From Candidatus Hydrogenedentota bacterium (lineage in GTDB: Bacteria > Hydrogenedentota > Hydrogenedentia > Hydrogenedentales > SLHB01), in assembly GCA_045863335.1 (NCBI GenBank), contig BTVY01000027.1, forward strand, positions 34,369-98,368: DNA of 64,000 nt, in the 5' to 3' direction. Under the pieces are notes generated by a model, which saw only the letters and a program-made list of their open reading frames with translations, was not told the DNA's origin and searched no databases. Position 1 is the first letter of the stretch; each line of letters begins with the position of its first letter. Below are positions 28,887 through 38,166 of the stretch, one piece after another. The translations under genes and the position numbers were made by a program.

Positions 28887-31266
28887 GGGCCGAACCCTCA
28901 TGGGCGGCGTGATCGTGCGCTGCGTCTTCAGCGGTGCTGGCGCCGCCGATGCGTCCGGTTACCTCGCCGCAGTTCAACATCTCGCTTCCGAAGTACGGAT
29001 TCAGCACCTCGTCCGAACTGGCCTGCAGCCAGTCCGCCCCTTCGAACTCGAACGCCATCGGGCAGTGCACCACGTACGCGTTCTCTCCATCCGGCATTCC
29101 GTATGTGCGAAGAACGGCGGTCAATGCCTCGGAGAACGGTTCGAATGCAACACGAAATGCGTCCATATCCGTGCTGGAAACCAGTTGATCGACGGCCGGA
29201 TTCAAGGCGACCGCATCCGTTCCGGTCCACTGCGTGAGCAACGGTTCCGGTAATGCCTCGGACTCAATTGTAGCCAGAGCCGATGCGGCGTTCTTCGCGG
29301 CGGCGGTTGCCGCATCGAGATCGTCGCCAGCCAACGCAGTCTGCACTGCATAATAGGCGTCCAGGACCTTGGCCAACTGATTCCGGAAATCTGCCGGAGC
29401 TACGGGCGCGCCAGCGTCTGTGTGTCCTGCGGGCAACGCGAGCCGTTGCTGCAGTTGCGTCATCGTGTCGGCCATGTGCTGCAATGCTTCCATCTTGTCG
29501 TCGGGCGAGGTCGCGTCGCGCAGCGCGATGATGTCGTTCTTCAGACGCATCGAGTACTCCATCCAGACCGAATGGGCTTTGGGCGGAAACAGCGTCATGT
29601 CCACATTCGCCACCGATTCTTCCAGCGCAATGAGCGCGGAATCCGTCACATCATGTTCGGCGGCATCGACGCTTTCCCGCACCGCCACGTAAGCCCCATT
29701 CACGGCATCAAGTTGCTCCACCAGGATGAAAGGCAGCGGCGCGCCCTCTTCCGCATGAACCACCGCGCCGCCGTCCGGCGTCATCATGCTGGGTTTCGCG
29801 TGAATCTGCAGCGCGCTGTCAATCTTGAAGTTGCCATTCGTCACGACCAGCTCGCCTTCGGAAAGGCCCGACCGAACGATGTAGTAGTCTCCGGCACGGG
29901 CGCCGAGCAGGACCTCGCGACCTTCGTACGTCGGCTTCTCGGTTTCGGGAACCTCGACGTACACGACCGCGCGCTTGCCGGTCAGCAGCGCCGCGCTCGC
30001 GGGGATGACGAGGGGCATGTCGTCCGCATTGGCTTCCGCGGGCACATACCCAAGCTTTTCGGCCGGGACCAGCGCCATCCCGCAGATATCGCAGGAGCCG
30101 GGGCCTTCTTTGACGATCTCGGGATGCATGGGTGAGATCCACTTGCCCGCCAGTCCGGGATCCATCACGCGGCCGCCGGTGGCGATGTTCGAACGGACTG
30201 TCGCGCGCACGAACATCTCCGGCTTCAATCGGCCATCCGGATTCGGCACGTTGACGCGGACCTTCACCGTGCGCGTCATTTCGTCGAGGATCGGATCGAT
30301 GAACGCGATGACGCCGGAGAAGACTTCTCCCGGATAGGCTTCCGTCGTGAATTCCACGTTCTGGCCGTAATGAAGCCAGGGGAGATCCGACTCGTAAGCA
30401 TCCAGCATGACCCACACTTCATTCAGGTCGGCGATGGTATAGATCTTGGTTCCGGTCTCCACGTACATGCCTTCCTGTCCCATGCGCTCGATGACCGTGC
30501 CGCCCATGGGCGCGTAAATCGTGATGTGATCCGATACCGTGCCTTGGTTCTCCGCTTCGGCGATCTGCTCGTCCGTCAGGCCCCATCGGCGCAGCTTGTT
30601 CCGCGCGGCTTCCAGCGTGGTGCGCGCGGTCTGCTTGAGCACCTCCGGCGCGTCCTGGCGCATGTTTGCGGCCGCGGTGGCAGCGCGCCGGAGTTCCTCC
30701 TGCGCGGTCAGGATTTCCGGGCTGTACAGGTAGACCATGTGGTCGCCCTTCTCGACTCGGATACCGGTGTAATCCACGTACAATCGGTCCAGTCGGCCCG
30801 GCACCCACGCCGTGATATAGCCCAGCTTCGTTTCGTCATAGTCGATCTTGCCGACCATGCGGACCTCCTTCGTCACGAAACGCCGCTCGACCGGGCTCGT
30901 GGCGACCTGCATCAGCTTGGCTGCGGCTTCGCTCGTGGTAAAGGTCCGCATGGCCAAGCCGTCGGTATCATCGTCTCCGGAACTCACGGGGATCAGGTCC
31001 ATGGCGCAGATGGGACATAGCCCCGGTTCGGGCAGGCGAATCTGCGGGTGCATGGAACAGGTCCAGACCTGCGCCTCATTCGACTCCGAGGCGGCATCCT
31101 CGGAACCCGCCGGCGATACGGGTGCCGAAGGAGAGGTAAAGCACCCGCGCACGACGAAACCAAGCCCAGCCGAAACTGCGGCAATCAGGCATACGGCTAC
31201 CAAGGTGTTCTTGTTGGCGCGCGACGTTCGCGCATTGCTGTTCGGTGCGGATGAATCCGTACTCAT
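28879..31266 (-). CDS. cusB: CusB-type RND periplasmic adaptor with heavy-metal-binding and DUF3347-like domains
   Basis: WTCSMHPQI...CPICAMDL, SPMHPEI...CDICGMAL, HCPMAF...NPYFGSEMLNCG, His-rich tail. Confidence 0.88.
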   Translation of the reverse strand: MSTDSSAPNSNARTSRANKNTLVAVCLIAAVSAGLGFVVRGCFTSPSAPVSPAGSEDAASESNEAQVWTCSMHPQIRLPEPGLCPICAMDLIPVSSGDDDTDGLAMRTFTTSEAAAKLMQVATSPVERRFVTKEVRMVGKIDYDETKLGYITAWVPGRLDRLYVDYTGIRVEKGDHMVYLYSPEILTAQEELRRAATAAANMRQDAPEVLKQTARTTLEAARNKLRRWGLTDEQIAEAENQGTVSDHITIYAPMGGTVIERMGQEGMYVETGTKIYTIADLNEVWVMLDAYESDLPWLHYGQNVEFTTEAYPGEVFSGVIAFIDPILDEMTRTVKVRVNVPNPDGRLKPEMFVRATVRSNIATGGRVMDPGLAGKWISPMHPEIVKEGPGSCDICGMALVPAEKLGYVPAEANADDMPLVIPASAALLTGKRAVVYVEVPETEKPTYEGREVLLGARAGDYYIVRSGLSEGELVVTNGNFKIDSALQIHAKPSMMTPDGGAVVHAEEGAPLPFILVEQLDAVNGAYVAVRESVDAAEHDVTDSALIALEESVANVDMTLFPPKAHSVWMEYSMRLKNDIIALRDATSPDDKMEALQHMADTMTQLQQRLALPAGHTDAGAPVAPADFRNQLAKVLDAYYAVQTALAGDDLDAATAAAKNAASALATIESEALPEPLLTQWTGTDAVALNPAVDQLVSSTDMDAFRVAFEPFSEALTAVLRTYGMPDGENAYVVHCPMAFEFEGADWLQASSDEVLNPYFGSEMLNCGEVTGRIGGASTAEDAAHDHAAHEGSAHE

Positions 31267-31382
31267 TGGCGTCAGCTCCACGTCCTGGGCTCGCATGCCC
31301 ATGGACAATCGATTGCAATTCGGTCCGGCACGCCGGCGGCGCGCGTCAGAACGGGACTACTCGAAATTGCGTGGATGCTGAA

Positions 31383-31817
31383 TCAGCAAAGAAAGGTGCA
31401 GTTGGATAGGTAAGGAGCAGTTTGTGCTCGCAGGTCGTGTGCAGGTGCCAAAAGAGTCGCCTGCGTCTCCGCGTGTTGATGCACTGCGGCATGAAAGACT
31501 TCGAGGCGCACCAGGTGTTTGGAGAACGCGTGGGAGTCGGTATTGATGGCAGCACTCACACGGGTGGGGGGAGTGGTGTCACAGGAACAGGTAGACACCT
31601 TGGGATGCGAGCGGACGTCCTGCGCGGCCGGCTTCGATGACGCCGTGCCTGATTCGGCCTCGGTGCAACATCCCGAAGCGAGGACCGGGGAAGAGACCCC
31701 TGCCAAGGTTTCTTCAGGTGTGGCGTCGCAACACGTACAGGGACACAGATGCGCCATCCCCGTGACGAGGAGGAAGGCGAATAACGTGCCTGCTGTTATT
31801 AGTCGCTTAATCACCAT
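31383..31817 (-). CDS. Cys-rich exported/leader protein upstream of the cus operon
   Basis: Hydrophobic N-terminus, HLCPCTCC, GCC, CSC-TTPP, ends YLSNCTFLC. Confidence 0.65.
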   Translation of the reverse strand: MVIKRLITAGTLFAFLLVTGMAHLCPCTCCDATPEETLAGVSSPVLASGCCTEAESGTASSKPAAQDVRSHPKVSTCSCDTTPPTRVSAAINTDSHAFSKHLVRLEVFHAAVHQHAETQATLLAPAHDLRAQTAPYLSNCTFLC

Positions 31818-31911
31818 GATCCAGTCCGGTAACGCCAATCGCAAGCGCACTATACCATAGATTCCCCGGATCGGTAAAACGCGGTCAATCCACATTTCTA
31901 TTCCAACGCGG

Positions 31912-32979
31912 TTAACCGAGCATATGGAGACTATGGGACTTGACGAGGCAGGTTACCCTGGCGCCGTGCCGGACGCCGAGTTCTTCGATAGCCCCCGGCG
32001 TAACTTCAGACCAGATGATCTGGCCCACATCCACCGCCACAAACACCGCGGAACCTTGCGCGATGATCTGGCGAACCGTCCCCGTTAAGTGATTACGGGC
32101 GCTGATATTCGCAACGTCCGTGGGGCTGAGGAGAACGGTCTCCGGAAGGAAGTGGACGTACACGGTCTCTGCGCCCGGCGGAGGTGTGCCGGGCAGGTGA
32201 ATGCGTTGGTCGCCAACCGTCGCCGTCCAGTGCCCCTCGACTTCGTTCAGTGCGTCGAGACGCAAAAGATTGACCGGTCCCGAAGCGTCCTTCAGGCGAA
32301 GCGCGCCGGGTGAGGCCAGGGCGTCCTCCGGCGTGCCCTCCGCGATAACGCGGCCGTTCTCGATGGCGACAACGCGCCGCGCGAAACGGCGGACCTCCGT
32401 CTGGCTGTGGCTTACGAAAAGCGCGGGAAGATTCCACGCCCGCACGATGCGATCCAGATAGTCGAGAATCCGGATCTTCAAGGCCTCGTCAATCGCCGCC
32501 AGAGGTTCGTCCATCAGCAACAGGCGTGGACGGCTCAGGAGTGCCCTCCCAAGCGCCACGCGTTGACGCTCGCCCCCGGAGATGGAACTCGGGTAACGGG
32601 ACAAGATGGTCTCCAGTTCCAACACAGACACGGCCCGTTCGAAATCGGCGATGGCGGAATGACTCGGCCGCCAGAGACGTCCATAGTTCAGATTTTCGCG
32701 CACGGTCCGATGGGGGAACAGCAGGTGATCCTGAAAGACCATGCCGATGCGCCGGCGATGAATGGGCGTACGCAGACCGCTGGACGTATCGAGCACGGTC
32801 TCGCCGTCGAGGTGTATGGTGCCCGAGTCCGGTTCGCGCAGGCCGGCGATCATCTCCAGAATGGAGGTCTTACCGCTCCCGGACGGTCCAAACAAGGCAA
32901 CCACCGGCTCGCTCGCCGTGAAAGAAAGGTCCAGTGAAAACCCGCTGGGATACTCGTGTTTGCAGGAAAACTCAAGCAT
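31912..32979 (-). CDS. modC: molybdate ABC transporter ATP-binding protein
   Basis: GPSGSGKT, SGGERQRVA, LLMDEP, SARN TOBE domain. Confidence 0.93.
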   Translation of the reverse strand: MLEFSCKHEYPSGFSLDLSFTASEPVVALFGPSGSGKTSILEMIAGLREPDSGTIHLDGETVLDTSSGLRTPIHRRRIGMVFQDHLLFPHRTVRENLNYGRLWRPSHSAIADFERAVSVLELETILSRYPSSISGGERQRVALGRALLSRPRLLLMDEPLAAIDEALKIRILDYLDRIVRAWNLPALFVSHSQTEVRRFARRVVAIENGRVIAEGTPEDALASPGALRLKDASGPVNLLRLDALNEVEGHWTATVGDQRIHLPGTPPPGAETVYVHFLPETVLLSPTDVANISARNHLTGTVRQIIAQGSAVFVAVDVGQIIWSEVTPGAIEELGVRHGARVTCLVKSHSLHMLG

Positions 32980-33658
32980 GCGACCGATTCCGCTGCCGTC
33001 GCTCCACCCACCGGCTCACGACGATCGCCGCCGCAGCGATCAATACCGACAGCGCAACCAGACGCCAACTCTCCGCAATGCCGTTCGGCCGTTCCGTCAT
33101 GGCGTACACCGCTAGCGGTATCGTCTGCGTTTTGCCGGGGATGTTTCCCGCGATCATGATGGTTGCGCCGAATTCGCCTACGCCGCGCGCAAAGGCAAGC
33201 ACTGCGCCGGCAATCACGCCGCGCTTCGCCAACGGGAGCGACACGGTGAGAAAGCTGCCGATCCGATTCGCGCCGAGACTCTGCGCCGCCAGTTCGAGGC
33301 GCGGGTCAACGGCTTCAAAAGCCAGTCGTACCGCCCGCACCATCAACGGAAACCCGACGACCGCCGCGGCAACCGCTGCACCGAGCCACGTGAATGCAAT
33401 GCTGAATCCGAAGACGCGTTCGAGGAAACCGCCAAGGGGACTGCTTCGTCCGAATGCAACGAGCAGCAGGTATCCCGTGACGACCGGCGGCAGCACAAGC
33501 GGGAGATTGACCAGCGTTTCCACGATCCACATCCCGCGCGAGGAACTGCGCGCCAGACGGTAGGCCAGGAGAATCGCAACCGGCAGGCTGACGAGAACCG
33601 CCACACTCGCCACCAACAGGCTCAAGCGCAGCGCGTTCCATTCCATCTCGGTCAACAC
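32972..33658 (-). CDS. modB: molybdate ABC transporter permease
   Basis: LPLVLPPVVTGY, FARGVGEFGAT, GNIPGKTQTIPL. Confidence 0.95.
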   Translation of the reverse strand: MLTEMEWNALRLSLLVASVAVLVSLPVAILLAYRLARSSSRGMWIVETLVNLPLVLPPVVTGYLLLVAFGRSSPLGGFLERVFGFSIAFTWLGAAVAAAVVGFPLMVRAVRLAFEAVDPRLELAAQSLGANRIGSFLTVSLPLAKRGVIAGAVLAFARGVGEFGATIMIAGNIPGKTQTIPLAVYAMTERPNGIAESWRLVALSVLIAAAAIVVSRWVERRQRNRSHA

Positions 33659-33705
33659 AGTTCAGCTCTCCGCAAGTCCGTGTCAATGGCCCGCCTTGGA
33701 TGGCG

Positions 33706-34488
33706 TCATCGAACGGGATTCAGCAACGTGAAACCGGATTCCCGAAAGATTGTCGCGGCGTCTCGCCCCCCCAAGAAATCGTATAGCGATTGTGCCGTCG
33801 CATTCTCTTCCGCCCTCTTCAACAACGCCAAGGGGTACATGATTGCGTCATGTAATGCCCCGTCGAACGCGAATGCCACCCGGACGCCCGCCGACACATC
33901 CGCGTCGGTAGCGTACACGATTCCCGCCTCGGTTTCTCCCCGTTCCACATAGAGCAAGGCCTGCCGCACGTTGGCCGATGGCACGCATTTCGGTTCCAGT
34001 TCGTCCCAAAGTCCGAGGGACGAAAGCGCTTGTTTCGCGTAGATGCCGGCGGGAACAGACTCCGTATCGCCGACGGCGATGCGCGTCACGGCGGCTTCGA
34101 GAAGATCGCCCGGCGCATGTACCGGCAAGGCGCTGTCGCGCGGCACAACGACCACCAAACGGTTCCCAAAGAGTTCCGATGACTCAGCCACTAGCCCCCG
34201 CTTAGCCAGGTGTTCCACCCAATCGGCGTTGGCGGCAAGGAAAAGATCGGCATTCGCGCCCTGCTCGATCTGACGCGCCAGCGTCGAGGACGCGGCAAAG
34301 CTTGTGACTACGGTAACGTCGGGATGTCGCTCCTCGAATCGTTCCACTACTGTCGTCACTACATCCGTCGTGCTCGCCGCCGCAAAGATGGTGACGGTGT
34401 TTCGACTTGAAGGCGAACTCTCATCGCCCGCCGTGCAACCTCCGAGAAATGTCAGAAAGACCGCAAGCGACGCGAGCAATGTTCGCAC
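33706..34488 (-). CDS. modA: molybdate ABC transporter substrate-binding lipoprotein
   Basis: Lipobox LGGC, FAAAS, FAASSTLARQIEQGA, VPAGIYA, GIVYATDA. GTG start after AAGGGGG. Confidence 0.92.
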   Translation of the reverse strand: MRTLLASLAVFLTFLGGCTAGDESSPSSRNTVTIFAAASTTDVVTTVVERFEERHPDVTVVTSFAASSTLARQIEQGANADLFLAANADWVEHLAKRGLVAESSELFGNRLVVVVPRDSALPVHAPGDLLEAAVTRIAVGDTESVPAGIYAKQALSSLGLWDELEPKCVPSANVRQALLYVERGETEAGIVYATDADVSAGVRVAFAFDGALHDAIMYPLALLKRAEENATAQSLYDFLGGRDAATIFRESGFTLLNPVR

Positions 34489-34562
34489 GGCCCCCTTTTC
34501 AAAGCGTGCGACTGCAATGAGTGGGGATATTCCGTTTGCCCGATAGCAAAGTTCTGTGAATA

Positions 34563-34710
34563 AAGACCCCCTCCCCAGCCCTCCCCCTCGACGGGGAGGG
34601 AGCAAGCCTTCCGTGTTTGTGGATAAATCGATTTTGCCTGGTGCGGTTCTAGCGACAAACAACTCAGATGTTCTCCCCCCGTCCACGGGGGGAGCTAGAG
34701 GGGGGGTCTT
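34563..34710. repeat. REP-like inverted doublet (CCCTCCCC...GGGGAGGG type)
   Basis: AAGACCCCCTCCCCAGCCCTCCCCCTCGACGGGGAGGGAGC and TTCTCCCCCCGTCCACGGGGGGAGCTAGAGGGGGGGTCTT. Confidence 0.75.
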
Positions 34711-34802
34711 AGAAAAAAAGGTACAGTTACCTTTTCGTACTTCCGGCGTTGGACGGATTCTCTGCGACTTGGAAACGAAATGGTGGCCGTCCCCTTTTTT
34801 CT
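34711..34802. repeat. inverted doublet of the AAAAAGGNAC...ACC motif
   Basis: 34711-34736 AGAAAAAAAGGTACAGTTACCTTTTC versus reverse complement of 34777-34802, AGAAAAAAGGGGACGGCCACCATTTC. Confidence 0.65.
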
Positions 34803-34804
34803 CG

Positions 34805-34976
34805 AAGAACATCCCCCTTGGTCCCCCTTCAAAGGGGGAAGGGATTGAGTCGCAATTCCAGGAGGAAGGTAAAGTCTGCCGCGCATTCGCCAGACGATTG
34901 CCGTTGCGGTCGCCGTTCGCAACGCTCCGCGTTGCGAACAATTCCCCCTTTGAAGGGGGGCAGGGGGGATGTTCTT
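34805..34976. repeat. REP-like inverted doublet (CCCCCTTCAAAGGGGG type) with satellite hairpin
   Basis: Arms at 34805-34840 and 34940-34976. Hairpin CGCAACGC-TCC-GCGTTGCG at 34918-34936. Confidence 0.85.
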
Positions 34977-34997
34977 CCGTATGCGTGGTGCGACTCG

Positions 34998-36314
34998 TCA
35001 GGCGGTGCGTCCGCAGCATTTCTTGAACTTCCGGCCGCTTCCGCAGGGGCAAGGGTCATTCGGTTCCGCGCGGCCCGCCTGCTTCTTCCCCGAATCCTGC
35101 TGCCGCATGTAGGCCATTACGTTCGCCGGCGCGCGCTGCTGGCGCAGCTCATTCGCCATGAAACGCATCGGTCCATCGATGTGTTTGAAAAAGTGCTTGT
35201 ACCCTTCGCAGAGATAACTCAGGCCCGATTCGCCGTCCGGCGTCGTGAGGAAACGGTGTTTCGGACATTCCCCGTTGCACACAAAACGGACTTCGCACTC
35301 CCGACAGTACTTGGGCAGCGTATCCTGCTTGTCCTGGCCAAACTTGCGCTGCTGCGCCGAACCCACCATCGCCTCGACCGGGTTCTCCATAATATTGCCG
35401 AGGCGGTTTTCCTCGTAGACGTAGTGGTCGCAGGAGTAGAGATCGCCGTTGTGCTCCAACGCGACCGCGTCCCCGCAGGTCTGCGCGAACACGCAAAGGC
35501 TCGGCTCGTAGCCGCACCAGGCCTCCAGGGAGATATCAAAGATCTGAACGAAGTACCTGCCCACGTCGTTGCGGACCCATTCATCGAAAATCGTCGAGAG
35601 GAACTTCCCGTACTGGAGCGGACGCACGGACCACGGCGTCACCCGCGCCTTCTCGTCGTAGTCCGGCGAAACGAGCCGCAACTTCTCTTCCTCGTCTTCC
35701 GACAAGCGTTCGATGATGGGGATGAATTGCATGAACCCGCTGCCGATTTCCTTGAGAAATCGATACACTTCCAGCGGATGATCCGCGTTGTGCCGCTGCA
35801 CGCAGGTCAACGTGTTGAACTCGACCTTGTGCGCTTTGAACAGATCGATGGCGCGCATGACCTTCGCCGACGTGGGCCGGTCGCCCTTGTCGACGCGGTA
35901 ATGATCGTGAAACTTCGGCGGCCCGTCGATGGACACGCCCACGAGGAATTCGTTCTCCGCGAGAAAGGTCGCCCAGCGCTCGTCGATCAGCACGCCGTTC
36001 GTCTGGAACGCATTCCGAATCGGCCGTCCGTCCGCGTACTTCTTTTCCAACTCGACCACCTTCTCGAAAAACGATACCCCGAGAATCGTCGGCTCGCCGC
36101 CCTGCCACGCGAAGGTGATCTCCGGCGCCTTCTGCGACGCGATGTACTGGCGAATGAAGTTCTCGAGGACCTCTTCCGGCATGGCCCACTTGGACACATC
36201 GGGGTAGAGGTTCTCCTTCTCCAGATAGAAACAGTATTTGCAGTCCAAATTACAGATCGGCCCCGTGGGCTTCGCCATGACATGGAAATTCTGTACGGTA
36301 CTCGCGACGGCCAT
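34998..36314 (-). CDS. anaerobic sulfatase maturase (radical SAM/SPASM) with C-terminal SEC-C motif
   Basis: AKPTGPICNLDCKYCFY, WQGGEPT, YSCDHYV, CNGECPKHR, NDPCPCGSGRKFKKCC. Confidence 0.92.
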   Translation of the reverse strand: MAVASTVQNFHVMAKPTGPICNLDCKYCFYLEKENLYPDVSKWAMPEEVLENFIRQYIASQKAPEITFAWQGGEPTILGVSFFEKVVELEKKYADGRPIRNAFQTNGVLIDERWATFLAENEFLVGVSIDGPPKFHDHYRVDKGDRPTSAKVMRAIDLFKAHKVEFNTLTCVQRHNADHPLEVYRFLKEIGSGFMQFIPIIERLSEDEEEKLRLVSPDYDEKARVTPWSVRPLQYGKFLSTIFDEWVRNDVGRYFVQIFDISLEAWCGYEPSLCVFAQTCGDAVALEHNGDLYSCDHYVYEENRLGNIMENPVEAMVGSAQQRKFGQDKQDTLPKYCRECEVRFVCNGECPKHRFLTTPDGESGLSYLCEGYKHFFKHIDGPMRFMANELRQQRAPANVMAYMRQQDSGKKQAGRAEPNDPCPCGSGRKFKKCCGRTA

Positions 36315-36397
36315 TAGCTTCTCCAGGACTTCACGCCGGATTGCGTCTCGATCCACCCTATCGCAGAAACCCCGGAAAAGGCAAACCGCGTCACATT

Positions 36398-36427
36398 GTC
36401 CATACCGTCCATAAGGTCCATATCGTC
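36398..36427. repeat. 9-bp tandem repeat GTCCATANN x3
   Basis: GTCCATACC GTCCATAAG GTCCATATC GTC. Confidence 0.7.
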
Positions 36428-36429
36428 GA

Positions 36430-36458
36430 TTGACGCCTACGACGCCCCCGACTATCAT
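36430..36458 (+). promoter_or_regulatory. sigma70 promoter of yajD
   Basis: TTGACG, 17 bp spacer, TATCAT. Confidence 0.65.
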
Positions 36459-36479
36459 GAACGCAACGGAGGCTAACCC

Positions 36480-36866
36480 ATGCGCTTGAAAAAGGTGAAA
36501 ATCGACAAGCAGAAACAAGCGGAGTTCATTGCTAAAGTCAAGCGCGAGCAGGCGCAGCGCCAGTCCGGTTACCGCGAAAAGGCCTTGGCCTTGTTCCCCC
36601 ACGTGTGCGCGCGGTGCGGCCGCGAGTTCTCCGGAAACAACCTCCGCGAACTGACCGTCCACCACAAAGACAACGACCACATGAACAACCCGCCTGACGG
36701 CAGCAATTGGGAACTCCTCTGCGAATCCTGCCACGACGACTCCCACCAGGAAGGCGACCGCGTCAACCACTACGGCGGCTACGCCACGGCCGGGGAAGAG
36801 AGCGAGTCTCTCGGCCACAATCCCTTTGCCGCGCTCAAGGACAAGCTAAAGCCCGAGGGGGAGTGA
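36480..36866 (+). CDS. yajD: YajD family HNH nuclease
   Basis: YREKAL...CARCGREF...LRELTVHHKD...NNPPDGSNWELLC..CHD, HNPFAALK. Confidence 0.9.
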   Translation: MRLKKVKIDKQKQAEFIAKVKREQAQRQSGYREKALALFPHVCARCGREFSGNNLRELTVHHKDNDHMNNPPDGSNWELLCESCHDDSHQEGDRVNHYGGYATAGEESESLGHNPFAALKDKLKPEGE

Positions 36867-36874
36867 ACGCGCCC

Positions 36875-36991
36875 GTACTGCCGCGCTCGCTGAGCGCGGC
36901 ACCTTTCGCGGTACTTGGCAGATGCGCCCAATTCGTGTGAAATACGTTTCGTAGGTTCCAAGTTTCGCGCGGTCATCGACCGCGCGAGTAC
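36875..36991. repeat. GTAC-tagged hairpin doublet
   Basis: Plus strand GTAC TGCCGCGCTC GCT GAGCGCGGCA. Minus strand GTAC TCGCGCGGTC GAT GACCGCGCGA. Confidence 0.7.
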
Positions 36992-37024
36992 CAGAGTGCT
37001 TCCAGTTTGGATCGACACCAACAA

Positions 37025-37059
37025 GGCGCACGCGAACGGGTAACCCATCCGCGTGCGCC
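37025..37059 (-). terminator. probable intrinsic terminator of ric
   Basis: GGCGCACGCG/CGCGTGCGCC stem followed by TTGTT on the minus strand. Confidence 0.5.
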
Positions 37060-37086
37060 GCGTCACAGGGAAGGAGGTTGTGGTGG

Positions 37087-37806
37087 TTAAACGCCCTGCA
37101 ATTCCTTCTCACGTTCGATGGCGCGCGGGAAGAGCACATTGTTTTCCTTGTGCACGTGCTGGTGCATGTTCAGCTCGAGATCGTGGAGTCCATCCAGCAA
37201 CGCGCGATAGGTGTTGCAGGCCCAGTCCGGCGGCGTGAACCCATCCGTCAGCTCGCGCATGCGTTCCAGCGCGGACCCTGCCCCGTCGTGTTCCTGTTCC
37301 ATGCAGTGAATGGGATTCGACACGCTGCCGAATGGCAGATTAGGCATCTTGGTCGCACCGTCGATATGCCGGATCGCCGGGAACAGGACGTTTTCTTCCT
37401 TGGCCATGTGCGATTCCAGTTCCGCGGCAAAGGCATCGAAGGTGTCGCTGACGCCCTGCAATCGCCGATCGTTATCACCGTGAACCTTGGCCACGCGCTG
37501 CGCCATGCGCGACAGACGCGGCAACTCCGCCCGCAAATAGGAGTGATGCGTCGCCTCAATGTGGTCCGCGAGTTCCGACAGGCTCATCGACCCGTAGTCG
37601 AATGCGGAATCCGCGTCGGTGGCCGCTTCGGCATCCAACGCTTCGAGCAGCATTCCCGGGTCGAGCATCTTCTTCTCGCATACCTCCGCGATCGTTTTCT
37701 TGCCGCCGCAGCAGTAGTCGATTCCCAACTTCTCGAACACCCGCGACCGGCTGGGCCGCTCCGTGACGAGCTGGCCAATCGTTTTCTCCAATGAAATGGT
37801 TGCCAT
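37087..37806 (-). CDS. ric: iron-sulfur cluster repair di-iron protein (Ric/YtfE/ScdA)
   Basis: GIDYCCGG, HHSYLR, HMAKEE, MEQEHD, HVHKENNVLFP. Confidence 0.95.
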   Translation of the reverse strand: MATISLEKTIGQLVTERPSRSRVFEKLGIDYCCGGKKTIAEVCEKKMLDPGMLLEALDAEAATDADSAFDYGSMSLSELADHIEATHHSYLRAELPRLSRMAQRVAKVHGDNDRRLQGVSDTFDAFAAELESHMAKEENVLFPAIRHIDGATKMPNLPFGSVSNPIHCMEQEHDGAGSALERMRELTDGFTPPDWACNTYRALLDGLHDLELNMHQHVHKENNVLFPRAIEREKELQGV

Positions 37807-37876
37807 GTTTTATTCTCCTCTTCGACAACTTATTCTCGAATTAGCTGTCGTCGTTTCAGCTCATCAATTCTTCAGG

Positions 37877-38111
37877 AAGAACATCCCCCTGCGCCCCCTT
37901 CAAAGGGGGAATTGCGCGTACGCTTGGGCCCTGTAGTTCCCGTGAGCGCACGCTTTCGTGACGTTTTCCAACTTCGGGCTTCTGATTCGCAATGCTCCGC
38001 ATTGCGTATGCACTGCAATGAGGACCGAGATCGGGGCAATTGACTGGCACATGCACCAAAAGTAGGCGCGGACGAAACTCCCCCTTTGAAGGGGGCAGGG
38101 GGGATGTTCCT
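37877..38111. repeat. REP-like inverted doublet (CCCCCTTCAAAGGGGG type)
   Basis: Arms at 37877-37913 and 38076-38111. Satellite hairpin CGCAATGC-TCC-GCATTGCG at 37988-38006. Confidence 0.85.
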
Positions 38112-38165
38112 CCAGCCTCCGGTCTCCAGTCTCTTCCAATCCGCAATCCACAATCCGCAATCGCA
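38111..38165. repeat. heptamer tandem repeats
   Basis: TCCAGCC TCCGGTC TCCAGTC, then CAATCCG CAATCCA CAATCCG CAATCG. Confidence 0.7.
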
Positions 38166-38166
38166 T

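Noticed and set aside
27012-29237. Long antisense ORFs (also 14932-16626, 43116-45224, 47040-48947, 60347-62404)
   Set aside because: Shadow frames of high-GC genes with no recognisable motifs.
31849-31878. MerR/CsoR operator at the cus leader promoter
   Set aside because: TTTACC-18-TATAGT is a plausible promoter, but the TACC/GGTA dyad spacing fits neither regulator convincingly.
34490-34560. Moco riboswitch or ModE box upstream of modA
   Set aside because: Only a loose TTTGAAAAGG similarity. The conserved core is not recognisable.
34489-35052. 188-aa N-terminal extension of ModA in the ORF track
   Set aside because: It reads through the repeat cluster. A lipoprotein signal and RBS support GTG 34488 as the start.
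34998-36866. Radical SAM/SPASM plus small ORF as a RiPP or defence system
   Set aside because: The enzyme has sulfatase-maturase motifs, no precursor peptide is visible, and yajD is divergent with its own promoter.
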